From the human T2T-CHM13v2.0 reference genome, Homo sapiens, in assembly GCF_009914755.1 (NCBI RefSeq), contig NC_060938.1: a stretch of DNA of 64,000 nt, one strand, 5' to 3'. How positions within the stretch are numbered: position 1 is the stretch's first letter; each line of letters starts with the position of its first letter. A program made the position numbers and the translations under genes. Below the pieces are notes generated by a model that was not told where the DNA came from, ran no database searches, and saw nothing but the letters and a program-made list of their open reading frames with translations. Positions 26,145 through 40,203 of this stretch are shown piece after piece.

Positions 26145-28754
26145 AAGAGCACATTTTTTCTATTTCATGATTTGCTCAGATTGTCTTTCATTCTGGCCAA
26201 GGGAGCAGAGGCTCTTATTTCTCTTGCTACTTTCTTTTAAACCTAAAGTCTTCCCACTCATCTGGGCCTTATAAAAGTTAAATAGGTTTTGACAAAAAGT
26301 GTTGAACAACACAGGCCTTTGGTCATTTTAAAAAATCAGAGAGGGCCAGGAGATAAAAATGATTTAGAAATTGCTTGCTTCAAATTAACTAACATTTCTT
26401 TGTTTTTGGTTCACATTCCATGATGCAATATTTTCTGAATGAATTATAAACTGTTATATTAATAAAATTTTGAATTAAGCATGTTTGAAAAAGGCAAAGA
26501 GATCTTTATTGAAGTATATGTGCATGAAATGAGATTCTGTAGAGCGAGGGTGTCTTAGGGTAGAGGAATTTTTTAAAATCTATTTCAAATGTTAGTTTCC
26601 TTCCATTGAAATCGATTGTTGAGGAATTAAAGCTCAATTTTGGAGAAAAGCTGCTATCGCTTGCGAGTGACATCTGCCTATTGACCCCACATCTAGGCTT
26701 TAAGGAGCGGTGTCATGTTACACTCACCTTCATTTATACAACAGGGAAAAAAAACTGAATAGGACTAGAGAAGAGATTGGCATGAAGTGCTTGTTATTAC
26801 TATCATGAAACTCTTGTCAACCTCTTTCACCATCTGCAAAATAGAAGGTCGGGGAGAACTGGGCAATAATTAGCTTCCCTTTATGTAGTTAATGCTGAGT
26901 GTAAAAAAGACATCCTATTAATTTCTTTCTCTCTGTATGTAATTTACAGTAAATCCTCTTGGATTCATTTTTTAATTATGAGCCTTTCAGGAACAGTGAA
27001 AATGTATGTGTTAAGATATCTGTTTTGTTTGACAAGAATCTATAACCTTCCCCAACTATTTCCTTCCTGACTTAAAATGTAGATTGTTACATACACGAGG
27101 ATGAGGGGCAGACAAAGAACTGCTGTCCAGACTGACCCCCATTTCACGGTGGCAAAGTGTTCTCCTTCCAAAAACTGGAACTTTGAAAACAGATTGATAA
27201 TATTCTATCAGTGTCATATTTGGGGAAACTGGATATTTATTAAGTTTCACTTGTATATTATTGTTTTTACATAGTTTATAGCACCCAACGAGAGTCCTGT
27301 AGAATAAATGGAAGTAAAGCTGAATGATGATGAATGGTCTGTTCCTCCCATCTATTGCATTTATAAATTGCCAGCCTGGATGCTTCATTTGGGCTGTCTC
27401 TATGTGGGATATTTACAGTAAACGATCAGCATCTGCTGGGATAGTCCTTAGTAAGGTTAGGTGGCTGTTAGCTTAGATTCATCTCTGGGTTTGGCCAGTG
27501 ACAGAATTGGATTTGAGTCAAGAACTGTATTTGGGGAACTTTCCAGTGGAGTACAGAAGAATGTTGGTGTTTTTGAGACTGGTAACGCAAATAAAAAAGG
27601 AACGAACAAGAAAACAACAGAGGTATCCAACAGATGCAATTTCGTTTCCCATGGAGTGCTGTGCACTGCAGGTTGACTCCGTATTTCCTTCCATCGCTAT
27701 TTGTTCTTAGTGAAAAAGACCTCTTTGGGATTTCTGAGCTTAGGAGTTTTTCCAGATCATTAGCCACTTATACGGAGAGGACCTGCTGGGCATTGTCTCT
27801 CCAGCTTTCAGCTTAGCCATGCTATCCCAGCAGAGTCGGAGAAGAAGGTGGGAGAAGGGAGTAGAAGTGATGATTGGATGAAGTGACTGCTTATGTAACC
27901 TGGACTAGAGGCAGCTCTCTGCAGGGGAGCTGGTGTGTGTTTTCTCAGATCTCTATTATTCCCATGATATTTCTATCTAAATCTGTTTACTTTGATTCCA
28001 CACATGGTTTTGAGAGGCAGCAAGCCATAGTAGAAAGATGTGCTTAATTTGAAACCAAAAAAAAGTTGGATTTGAGTTCCATTTTTCAATCCATTTCTGT
28101 CAGTGAGCTATGTGACTTTCAGCAAGTCATTCTACTACTTGGAGCTTCAGCTTCCTCTTCTTATAAATGGGCATAAAATATTATGTTGCAGGGTTTTCTC
28201 AAAGATCAAGTGAAATAAAATATTTAGAAGCTGTTCATTATCAGCAAAACACTGCACTAATGGAGAATGGTGGTTTTCCTAATAAAATGGGTGCTGTAGA
28301 GGTGATGACTGCATTAGAGAAACATATATAGAAGGAAAGTTTTAGTTTAATTGTTTGTATAAGTCTGCTTGGACTTTTTAGGCAAAATTTTTTAATTTCT
28401 GTTTCATCTGATCAAATGTCAATTTTATGAATTAACCAGATTCACAATGAAGACTTTTGGAGCATCTCTTTAGCATAAAGTGAAGAAGCAGTTACCTCTG
28501 AGGGAATTTAGGTCATGACCTTGGTTAGGTCAATAGGATAAGTGACCCTATAGCCTCCTTGGTGTCTCATTATATAGCGTTGTGTCTCTATCCCTGTTAC
28601 AAGATGATAATGCATTGCGCTTCTATTCTCTTTAGTATAAGCTTCCAAAGGGCTCTAGACTCAGCAGTGAAATTGTCGCCTGCCTTGCCCTGAAGTTTAT
28701 TCTTTAATTTTATCGACCATGGGAAATGGGAATATGCCACTTTGCATGAAAACA

Positions 28755-28838
28755 GGGAAAGAAGAGAAGAAGGAAGAGAGGGAAAGAGGAGGAGGAAGGA
28801 GGAGGAGAATAAGGAAAATAAAAGAGCAAGAAGAAGAT
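28755..28838 (+). repeat. GA-rich low-complexity purine tract
   Basis: Directly visible. Confidence 0.8.
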
Positions 28839-31800
28839 GACAATAGCCATGACCATCACCACCACCAATAGAAGTAGTAGCAGTAGGAAAGCAAAACCTT
28901 TCTAGATAGGCCTAGTATCAAAATGGTTTTAGACTCTCCTTGGGTACCAGATAAAGTCACAAAGAGCTTGGTCGTATACTCGGGGATAGAGCCCCCACAA
29001 AATGTTGCTAGAACCAAAGTCCTAATGGAGGTACAGCCAGACTGTGGGGAGCTAAGTAGGTCTTGCCACCAAGTACACTGGAAACCTAAAACCAGAAATA
29101 TAAACAGAAATACTTCATAGATTTGGATTCCCCAAAATATGAAGGAAAAGTGAATTATAAATTTACTATGCAAATGAAATGTACAATAATGCAATCATAA
29201 AAATCAAGCTGACAAAGTGTGTGGAAAATAGGTTATGGCTGATAGGAAATTATGAGAAGGAAAGGCCAAATGGCTATATCTTTCTCATTTATGGTTCATA
29301 CAAGAGCCCTTAGACTGTTAGTTAATGACAGTTATGTTTCAGAATCCTCAATGCATACAAATAAGAATTTTGAAAAACTAAGATGAAGAGAATTTAGCTC
29401 CTGAGCATCATTCATTTTATATATATATAAATTGAGTTTTTATTATGTGTCAGGAAAAGTGCTGTGTGTTGAGGGTACTGTGACCAACCTTGGCTTGCAT
29501 AGCATAAACAGGCTTGAGAGGCCACGACAATTACAAAAACAAGAAATTAGGTTTTCTACTCATTATGAGGTGATGTATATACAACTCTTGCACAACTCCT
29601 GGCATATAGTGAGCTTTCAATCATGGATAGATTTTGATATTATTGGTACTCAAAGATTTTTCTTCAACTAACTCATTTTAACTCAAAAACTTGTTATATT
29701 TTATTTTCCTAAGCAATGAATAAACTTTAATCAGGCCTCTGAAATTTGAAATGAAGCAATATAAAATTCTAAGGAGCTGGGATATTACTGATTTAAAGAC
29801 AGCTGGGTGGCACATATACTGGGTTATTGCAGTTATCAAGCTAGCTGAATAAGTTCTGAATAGCAGAAGCTTTTTAGATATATGAATCTAAAATGCAACA
29901 AGCAAGGCAAACTCTAAGTGCCATCACGTGAATGCTGGGGCTCACAGGACTTAATGGCAAGCCTCCCTTAACACCATCAGTTGGATGAATTATCTCATTG
30001 ACCCACCGCTTACACTGCTCCTTGTCATTACTCCTGGGGTATTGTTCAGTGCAACAGGGCAAGAAATAACTCATTGACTCCCTGAAGCTATAGATGATGG
30101 ATTTTAGATCCCTAGCTGTATTCAGAAGGCATAGGAGCTCAGTGTATTGATGGGGGAATTCATTAGCCACCCACTCCACAGAATCAGTTTCTTAGATCCT
30201 GGTGCTGTCACTGCTGCTGTTGCAACTTGTTAGTGTTTCAGGGACAGACGTCAGAGGGAACTGTATAACTACATTAGCCTCACAGATAGTACCGACAGCC
30301 AGACCTGTCATTTCCTGGCCTGCGATGACACCTCTGGAGCCTAGAATCACTTAAAGATATTTAGATAGGCCCTGTTGATACGACCAAGCTAACCTTCATC
30401 CTGAAATCAATTCATACTCAGGATGACAGGAAATGAGTTGTCATTAAGGCTCATATTCTATTTTTGAGTCCTTAGTTAACCTCTTATAATTCAGTTTATT
30501 TTTCCTCCTCCATTTCTGTAAAATGGCAGGTAATTTAATGACATAGATTATTACTTCCTACATTTACTCGGGAGCATGTGTTTCAGAGACCATCTTACAT
30601 TGATACCATTACTATCACTTTCCGCTAATATTGATTGACAAAATACCAGGTACCAGACACTGTGCAAGAACTTTGTTTACACTGTCTTATAATGAGCTCA
30701 TGACCACTCAGTGAGGTAGTCACTATTAATATCCTCATTTTATAATTGGGGCAACTAAAGTTTGAAGAAGCTAAAGCATTTTCCCAAGATAGCACTACTA
30801 ATAAACAGCTGAATGGGCTTTCAAATGCAATTCTGACCCTTAATTACTATTACACCCCTAATGAAAGTTTTAGAGTAGAAAGCATAGTGGTAATAATTTT
30901 AACTCAATTCATACTTATGAAACAGCAATTTACTTGGGATTGTTGGAGATGTGAAGAAAGTTAATATCTAGCCGGGGGGTAGAGGGGAATGAAAATCATA
31001 TGTACGAATCTTTTTAAAAACAGAATCAGCTATATACCAAAGAAGGTAAAAATACTGCTGGTTGCTGAGATTTTTTTTTTTAATGTACATAGATGGGATG
31101 GGACAGATTTTGACTAGTGGAATCTGAAGAAAGAGCATACCTGATGAAGATACCAGCATGAGTGTCATATCAAAGGAAATACAGGATGTGTTCTCAAATT
31201 CATGAATTCAATTGGACCGTAATGAATGGCATAAGAAAAGAGGCAGGTAATATGGATTAGCACAAAGAACATATGATTTAGGGGCAATTGGTCTCTGATT
31301 CAAGGTCTAGTTCTGCCTCCAACTAGTTCTGTAGCCTCGGATGAATTATTTGACTACTCCGTAAAATGCAGATGGCAATAATGCCAATTTGTAGCTCTGT
31401 GAATATTTATAACCTATGGAAAAATGCCCAGTGAATTATCTGGTACATAGTGGATGTTCCATTAATGATAGCCATGTTCTTGTGTTTTCTTCCCAGGTAC
31501 TTTAGGGACATAGTGTAGAAGATTTGAGTTTTATACCAATGATCGATTGTTTCTGAAAGCAAAAGGAAGACATTTAAAGATTTTTTTAGAAGAAGATGAA
31601 ATGCCCAGCACTTAATTTTTAGGGAGATTATTTTGGCTCTGTTAAAAGAATGTTGTTCAGTGGGTTCAAGGAAAACAGCAGGGTCTTGAGTAAGTGTTTC
31701 TAGAGAAACGTCTTTAAAGACTTATTCTATGATGATGCATATAGGAAGGTAATGAGGATAAAACCAAAGAACAGTTCAGAGATTGAATCGGCAGGTGTTG

Positions 31801-34573
31801 TCAGCAGGTTGGATTAAAAAGGAGAGAACTGAGAAATGTCTAGATTGGGAAGGTTGTGATTTCATTACCAAAAACAAAACAGGGGACAGATAAGTAAAAC
31901 AGATAAGAGTTTGACTTTAGTGATGCAAAACATAAGGCATCCAAGAGCCAGGCTATTGAAATTTCCAATTGGAAATACATGATGAACTCAGAGGAGAGAT
32001 AAGGGCTAGAGGTGGGGGCCTAGAGAATTCACAGCTTGGCAGTGACAGTGGAAGGTTTAAGGAGTGCTAATGTCTCAAGGGAGATGAATAGGAACTTGGG
32101 AAATATATACATATTTTTATATATTTAAATATATATTATTGTATATATTTATACAAATATATATAATGTATATTAAATATATACATATACAAGATAAAGG
32201 AGGAAAGGAAGAGAACTAAAAAGGAAAGGCTAGAGGGTAGGGGATAACCTAGATAGTGAAGTTTTACAGAAATCAAAACAAATGAGAGACTTCCAAACAC
32301 AAGTTGTTCCAGAGCTGTTTTTTCTATACCTGTTAGGCCTCTTTCATCTGAAATCAGTTTACAGAGATGTCTTCTTCATCTTTATTGGTATTTATTATGG
32401 TGTAATCTTTGCCACTTCAGTCCTCTTACCAGTATTCTGCATTTCTTCTCTGTCACGGGCATCATTAACTTTGAGCCAGAGGACCCAGCATCTACTCCTA
32501 GAGAGCTGCCACCAATTAGCAGTTACCCTATGTAAATGGTAGAGGTGTAGCTACTATTCTGCCACCCTCGTAATATTGTGGGAAAAATCCAATGACAGAA
32601 TGCAAGTGAGCATGCCGTGTCATCATTGAAAAGTCCTACAAAATAAATAAAGTCGTTTTTATATCAATATTGGTATACCTACCACTCAGCACAGCTCTTG
32701 GTACCTAAGGAGATGGTGATTGGAGACCTGGAAATGAAGACCAAAGAGATGCTGAGATGGTTGTAGTTTCCAATAGGAAGATTAGCAACCAGGCAAGTGG
32801 CAGATCAGAGCCCAAATGTGAGTGGCTCAACTGCTGGACCCTGTAAGCTGTTGTGGTTCTCAAATGATGTCCTTATCTTGTTCATCTCTCAGCTCTTGGC
32901 ACCTCACCTTTTGGAGCTTCAGTTTGGAAAGGGCAATTCGGATTTAAATCATACTGCAGTTTCCTAAATAGAACAAATCCCCTGATCCTAGTGATCATGT
33001 GCAATGAGGCATGGAATCTGATTACCCTTATCATTATCTTAGCTTGGATAGCTACAAACGTTACTAAATGGTTATGAAATTATCTAGCCCTTTATTAAGT
33101 GCAAAAGGTAGTACTTAGGTTACTAAACTTTTTTGAAAATAATTCCGCTGGCTGACTTTTCACGGCTAAAAACCCATATTCTTATCTGTGGAGTGTATCT
33201 TTTTGTAATCACATCTGTGTTTGCTGTTTTTTTAATTGTCCAGGCAGTATGTTAGCCATTTTGTGTCTATCAGCCCATTTGGTCCTGACAACACTGTTAA
33301 ACTAGTGGCATTACCTCTATTTTATGAAGTAAAAAATTAAGCCTAAGAGGATTAAGTAACCATTTGTTAAAGGTGTTAAGGAAAGAAAAGAGGACTTAGA
33401 CTTAATCATTGATATGTTTGTTTTCAGTGTCATAGATATAGATATATACTGCTTTTCATAATTTTCTATTCAATATAATATAATATATATGTAATATATG
33501 TTGGATGTGTTGAATTTAGCAGGACCTGTAATATTTATTTAAATCCACAGTTAAGAATGATAAACAGGACTAGAGAATGGAACACAGAATTTTGGCTAAA
33601 GCAGCATACATAACTTAAAATAAGTCACTTTCTTTTTGGATTCAAAGAAACTCATTTTACATTACATTTTTTGCTTCCCAGTATTTGTTTTTCTCAATGA
33701 CGTTAAGGCACCTAATTACCCCCAAGCCACTTTCTTAAATACTCCTATGCAAAATGAAAAGATTGGCCTGGAGACTAATCTGAGGTTTTGAATGCAGTGC
33801 GGTAGAATAAGTGTTTTAGAGGTAACTTTAGTTCCCAAATCTCAATAAAAACACTTCCAAATTTAGTGTATCAAAGAAAAGATTATTGGATAATGCATTC
33901 TCATCTTTCGGTGTATGATAAATGCCATATCAGAAGTCCTCAAATACTCTTGATTAAAAACGCTAAATGATCTCAAATAACACAAAAACCCATTTATTCC
34001 TACTGGAGTCAGTATTTAATTTTCTATATTTGTAATTTAAATCCAGATGTGGGTGTCTTCACAGCGACCATGGCCTGTCATCCCTTGGTCTGTTAGCTTC
34101 TAATGTCTAGCAGCAGAGTATAGTAAATACTTGAAAGGTAGACCTTCACACTGAAAATCACATTTATTGAAGTGGGAGCAGATTCCATTTAAATTGTCCC
34201 TTACCTGATGCCTAATTCCTAAGGTTAACAGGTTTTCATGTTTGCTACTTATATCAGCAGTACTGGAGCTGGTTTTTTTGCATGGCTAAACAGCAAAGCT
34301 TAAATTCAATACTAGAGCGTGAAAGAGGAAAATGAGTTTTGGTGTGACGTGTGAATGACGTGGTTTTCCTAAATACCATGAATGCACAATGAATGATCCA
34401 CAAAGCACAGCCGCCTCTTAAAAGAAGACAAAAATCTCCCTGAGGTTTAGTTGAGAAAAGATACAGGAGCATATAGCAAAAACTACAACATGATACACTT
34501 ACGTAAGATGCAGGTGGGAAGAATAGAATTTCCAAATTAAAATTAGCCAGGCCAGCAGAAATGAGTAACCTAA

Positions 34574-34966
34574 TGTTATGGCTTGGATCCGTGTCCCCAT
34601 CCAAATGTCCTGTTCAATTGTAATCCCCAGTATTGGAGGTGGGCCTTGGAGGGAGGTGGTTGGATCATGGGAGTGGTTTTTAATGGTTTAGCACCGTCCC
34701 CCTAGTGCTGTCCTTGTGATAGAGTTCTCATAAGATCTGGTTGTGTAAAAGTGTGTAGCACCTTCCCCTCTCTCTTCCTCTTGCTCCAGACATGTAAGAT
34801 GTGCTAGCTTCCCCTTTGCCTCCTGCCATGATTGTAAGTTTCCTGAGGCCTCCCCAGCCATGCTTCCTATATACCCTATGGAACCATGAGCCAATTAAAC
34901 CCCTTTTCTTATAAATTACCCACTCTCAGGTATTTCTTTATATCAATGCCAGAAAGGACTAATACA
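34574..34966 (+). mobile_element. MaLR solo LTR (MSTA-like)
   Basis: TGttatggcttggatccgtgtcccc...ccatgattgtaagtttcctgaggcctcccc...ggactaataCA. Confidence 0.92.
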
Positions 34967-35004
34967 CTTACTTTCGTGAAAACAACTTTTCTCTTAACCA
35001 CCTC

Positions 35005-35102
35005 CTACTGTCTGTCAAGTGTAGTTCTAAGTGCTTGGGATCCAAGAGTGAAAAGGATAGACAAACTCCCTGTCCTCATGGTACTTACATTCTAGTGGGG
35101 GA
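35005..35102 (-). mobile_element. L2 3' fragment
   Basis: gttctaagtgcttgggat...ccctgtcctcatggtacttacattctagtgggg. Confidence 0.7.
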
Positions 35103-35284
35103 GTCCTTAATGGGCACAAGCAATCAGAACTTCAATTTGCAGAATTTTGTGAAAATGTGCTATCATATATATTTTATTAATTAACTAGTTAACAGGCAGG
35201 GAGGATCTCCTTCAAACTTTTGTTTTCATCTTTGTATTTTTCTTTCTTTGCCAAATTTCCACTTTAATCTCTTTCATTCTAATA

Positions 35285-36374
35285 TGCTCACGAGTCACTT
35301 AATGAGGAGGATATGTTCTGGGAAATGCCCTGCCAGGCAATCTTATTGTTGTGTGAACATCATAGAGTGTACTTACACAAACCTAGATGTTATAGCCTAC
35401 TACACTCCTAGCTATATGGTATAGCCTATTGCATCCAGGCTATAAACCTGCACAGCGTGTTCCTGTGACGAATACTGTAGGCAATTGTAATGCAGTGGTA
35501 TGTGTGTAGCTAAACATGTCTAAATAAAAAAGCACAGTAAAAATGCAGTATTGTAATTTTATGGGAATGTAACAACCCAGTGGGTTCTGTTTGTCCACTG
35601 CCCAGATGGAGCCAATTTATCAAGACAGGTGAATTGCAGTAGAGAAAGAGTTTAATACATGTAGAGCTGGCTAAATGGGAGACCAAAGTTTGATTATCAC
35701 TCAAATCAGTCTCCTTGAAAATTTGGAGGCTAGGGTTTTTCCAAGACAGCTCGGCAGGTAGGGGTCTGGGGGATGGGTGCTGCTGATTGGTTAGGGATGC
35801 AATTATGGGATCTGGAAAATGGTCCTTATGCACTGAGTCTGCTTCTGGGTGGGGGCCACAGGACTGGTTGAGTCAAGAGTTGTGGGCCCAGGTGGGGGAC
35901 ATCTGATTGTCAGAAGTGCAAAAGCCTGAAATGACATCTCAAAAAGGCCAATCTTAGCTGCTACAATTAGGGATGTTCATTATAGGAGTAAGTGGGAAAG
36001 TTGCAAATCTTGTGACCTCCGGAATAATGGTTGGTAATTATTTAACTCTGCCTGCATCTTAGCATAATTCAGGTGTCTCTCATCCTCTTAACCTGGTGGC
36101 TTTCATTAGTTTTACAAAGCAGTTTAGTTTTTGTGAATGGTTATTATCATTTAAACTCTAAACTAAATTTCTCCCAAAGTTAGCTTGGCCCATGCCCAGG
36201 AATGACCAAGGTCAAAGAAGTTTGGAGGTTAGGGCAAGATGGAATTGGTTAGATCAGGTCTCTTTCACTGTCATAATTTTCTCACTGTTATATATTTTGC
36301 AACAGCAGTTTCAGGACCACCTTCACATACTCAGTCTATCATTAACCAAAATGTCACTGTGTTGCTCATGACTG
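35285..36374. mobile_element. Tigger3a/MER7-like DNA transposon split by an LTR (arms 35285-35567 and 36314-36374)
   Basis: gaacatcatagagtgtacttacacaaacctagatg...tatggga|LTR|ggaccacc...catgactgTA. Confidence 0.85.
35568..36313 (-). mobile_element. ERV1 solo LTR (LTR8A-like), 746 bp
   Basis: TG...CA termini; reverse strand begins tgaaactgctgttgcaaaat...gacagtgaaagagacctgatctaacc like LTR8; 4-bp TSD GGAA/GGAC. Confidence 0.87.
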
Positions 36375-37378
36375 TAATCAAAAAAGCACAGAGAGCTCTC
36401 TCGCTATCTGGTTCTACTTCTACCACCCTGACAACCACTATAGTTTGTTTTCAACACCAAAAGAAAATAACAAAAAAATAGCATCTTCACCCTCGATTCT
36501 AGTTTCTTTTTTCTTGAAATGACTATGGCCATTTCTATTATTTCATTTTGAAATTGTGCAGAATTCCTTCTGAACATCCATCTACATTTCACAGACAACA
36601 AATTGCTAAAAACACCTAAACACCACTAACCTGGGGGGGAGAAAAAAAAACAACCAAAAACAACCAAACAAACCAAAGAAAACAAATCAACCAAATGAAA
36701 ACCCACCCTCTCTGGTGGAAAGACTGCACCATTTTTGGTAAAGACTTTGCAATCCTGCCTAGACTGGATGACTGCCTATTGCCCTAACACTTTCCTTCCT
36801 ACCCCCAGTTATTTACAAGATCACCCCTTATGGTAACAGTATTAGTACAAATGAGGTTTTTCCCTTTACTTAACTGAATGCTAGAAGAAACAGAATGGAA
36901 CCACATGTTCCCTTTGATTCACACCCAAACACTGCAAAACACAGAGTATTCGCTTCCTTTTTCAAGCTGTGTGTGCACATTAAACACATGCAAACATTGG
37001 ACTGAAACAGACACAGTAAGTCAGCTCTAGGGGAAAACTATAGAAGTCTTTTTATTTTGTTTCTCTAAATCTCAATCTTTTATTTAAGCTAGGTCTTTGC
37101 AGAGATTCAAAGAATGATATTTTGTAATGGTTCTCCAAAGAGCAGTTAGATGTGTCTCATCCAAATTTGTGTATTTACCTTATCATCACAGATACTGTTC
37201 TGGAACTGGGAACTTAGCATTAGCTCTCTTCTTAGAAATGACTATTAATTTTTGATAAAAAGAATAAAAAACACCACATTACATAATGGATATAAGAGAA
37301 CATAGACGGCATGATAGGAATATTCTGCCTGTGTTTCCATGAATTGCTTCTTTGTTAAAAAGTGTTTGGTATAAATTA

Positions 37379-37435
37379 GGCCAGTGGTGTCCCAGCACTT
37401 TGGGAGGCCAAGGCAGGAGGATTGCTTGAGGTGAG
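37379..37435 (+). mobile_element. Tail-less Alu 5' remnant between direct repeats
   Basis: tcccagcactttgggaggccaaggcaggaggattgcttgagg flanked by GTGTTTGGTATAAA (37362-37375, 37436-37449). Confidence 0.88.
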
Positions 37436-40203
37436 GTGTTTGGTATAAACAGTATATTAACAAAGAATTCTCCTATGGTATAAACCCTAACTCTAGCAGG
37501 AAGATCAAATTTCTCTTTGAGGCATGCAGTCTGAGCTCCAGTGACTCTCTGCAAGAGAAAAGCTGATATTGTCACATTGTGAGTCATAGTGACTCCCAAG
37601 GATGTATTTGTGTGGATGTGGTTGGTCAGAAGGCTTTGTGTGCACTGTGACATCTTTATGCTGCAGATGCCAAGATCACAGGGTCCACACAGAGCAGTTC
37701 ATTTCACACAGTGGGAAATGATGCGTGTGTGTGTGTGGGTGGGTGTGTGTGTGTGTTTTAAAAAACCTAAACAGAGCAACACTGTTCTGTGCACTCAAAC
37801 TCTACAGCTAACCGCCAAGGGCCATCTTATAAATTTGGACATTGAATTGCTAAAATTTGAAAACACAGCCACTCCTATTCACACTCTACCATCTGGAAAT
37901 AAACCCTAAGTCACTGTGGGTGTCCATATGGAAGTCACTGTTCTGCTTCCTTTTATCTTCATGGTAGTTCAAGGTTCGATTTCCTCCTAGGGAGACTTTC
38001 TGTTGTTCCCATTGAGCCAGCTCTGCTGTCCCCACTGGTCACGAACCGGATCAGTACATGGAGATTCCTGAGCATATGCAGGGCAGCGGCATGAGAGCGT
38101 CTAAAATAGAGTCATTCCCATTGCCCCAGCACATCCTTCCTTCCTACATTCCTGGGAGAAAAGAGCAGAAACAAAGGCTTTTCTTTCTTCTCTCTTTTGG
38201 ATGTTTGGTGATTTGCATACAGAAGTTAACTCACTTCATCTACTGGATTCCAATCATTCCCTTCCTGGTTCCTGATCTTAGAGTACAGGGTGCTTCTTGC
38301 CTTCCCCTTGTCAATATAAGGGCTTTAGAAAACGTGCCCAGCTGGTATTCTTTAAACCTCCTCCAACGCACAAATATATTTTTAAATGCAGATATTTCAT
38401 ATACAAGTTGATATTTCTAGTTTCTTTTTGAAAATCGGAAGGTTTAACTCTACTGGGCCAGTGTTATTCATAGCATTGGTCAACTGGAGCTGAGGAGCCA
38501 TTGCCATTTTTATGGATATTCTTTTAAGCCCCCCAATCTCCACCACTCCCTGTCACCTCACTCAGCTTCATCCATCTGCCTGACCCCTGGAGACATTTGA
38601 TTTTGTGCTTCCTCTCACACAGAACTTGTGTTCACAATTTGGGGTCATACCTTCACATATTATATGTAAACAGCACTCTGGAACGTTTTCAAAGTCACAG
38701 CTATTTTAGGTATTTAGTTTAGAAGAGGTTAGAAGTTGACTTTTACATTAGTATCTTAAAGGAATATATTTGCCTGCTCAGAAACATCTGGGGCCCACAT
38801 ATTCAGATCTTTCGTACATATAATTTGCTATATAGCATAACACATTGAATGATTTTGACTCAGTAGCTCGACTTATTTTTTGTGTTCTTTTAAAATCTTT
38901 CATATTAAGCATAGAATTGTAATTTATTGATGAATATTTTATTTTCTGAGAAAAGTTGGTTATTATTCTTAAAATACATTACCTATAATGTTCATGTTTC
39001 CTATGTTTTAATATATAATATTACAATATTGATGTGTCGTGATTTTTTTTGGTTGTTCTCTAATTAGGGGTCTTTATATGAATCTCTGATTACTTAGCAG
39101 TTCTCTGAAGGGGGCAGTCTTTCAGAGATGCATTTAAGAGCTCTGAATTCTGTTAAGAATATTAAGGAACACAATTTTTAATCTTTACTTTTTACTCCAG
39201 GGCTTTGGGCTGTCTGTATCAAAATGCTTCAGATACTTCCTCTAGGGATTGCTTTGCCTGTTCCATCCTTAAGAGAGTAAAGAATTTCTTCTCCCCACCA
39301 CCCCCCAACTCCTGACAATTTCAGCTAAATTTTTTTCTTCCATTGCTTTAGGCCATTGCTTCAAGTTATATCACCTTCTGAGACTATGAATAATTCTTTC
39401 CCTTCAATTATATTGTTACCTTGAAGGTATTTATAGGCTGTGATCAAGGCCCCTGGAGTCACTGCTTTGGCAGACTTTATAAATTTAGCTCTTACCACTT
39501 CTCCTCACATTTTTTATCTTCCAGCCTTTGTAGCACTCCTTTTGTGTGTGTGCGTGCCTATCTGTGTAGCTTCTCTGATATTTTAATATCCTTCCTAAAC
39601 TAGGGAGGTCAGAATAGCACATCATATTCCAGGTATTACTGTGAGTATCAGATTTTAGAGAGTGAAATCAAGGGAGAGGATTACCTTGAAATTGAACTTA
39701 ATCTATTTTGTGACTCAGAAAAATAGACAAAATGGTAGAAAAAGCTAACGGGGCACTGTCAACATGTTTTCATATATTTTAACGTACTGTTAGAGCAATC
39801 CTGGAAGCTTAAGGGGGAAATGATGATTTTTCTTAGAGAGAATTCTGGCTTCCATTAGATGCTTGAACGTGTCCTTTAGAGTAAGATTTTCTTTACAAAT
39901 CCAGGCTTCAAATATGGCTATGTAATAAGATGGGTTTTTTCCATAGTACATGAGCTCTTAAATCTGTATTATTGTTATTATTATTATTATTAATATTATC
40001 AGACCTGTCTTTGTGGCTTAAAATTAAGAAACATCATTAAACATTTAATTTTACAATGAAGAAAACAAATTGCTACGTAAACCATCTTGCTACTAGCTTT
40101 AAGCTCTAGTCCAGGTCATTCTGCATTTTGTCAATATAGTAAATTGAGTAACAGCCTCTGAGGGCCCTGCAAAGAGCCAAGGCCCAATTTAACTCCCTAG
40201 TGC

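Noticed and set aside
27432-27834. 13-bp inverted repeat TCTGCTGGGATAG / CTATCCCAGCAGA ~380 bp apart
   Set aside because: Rough expectation is about 0.4 such pairs per 64 kb by chance, and the pairing does not extend convincingly.
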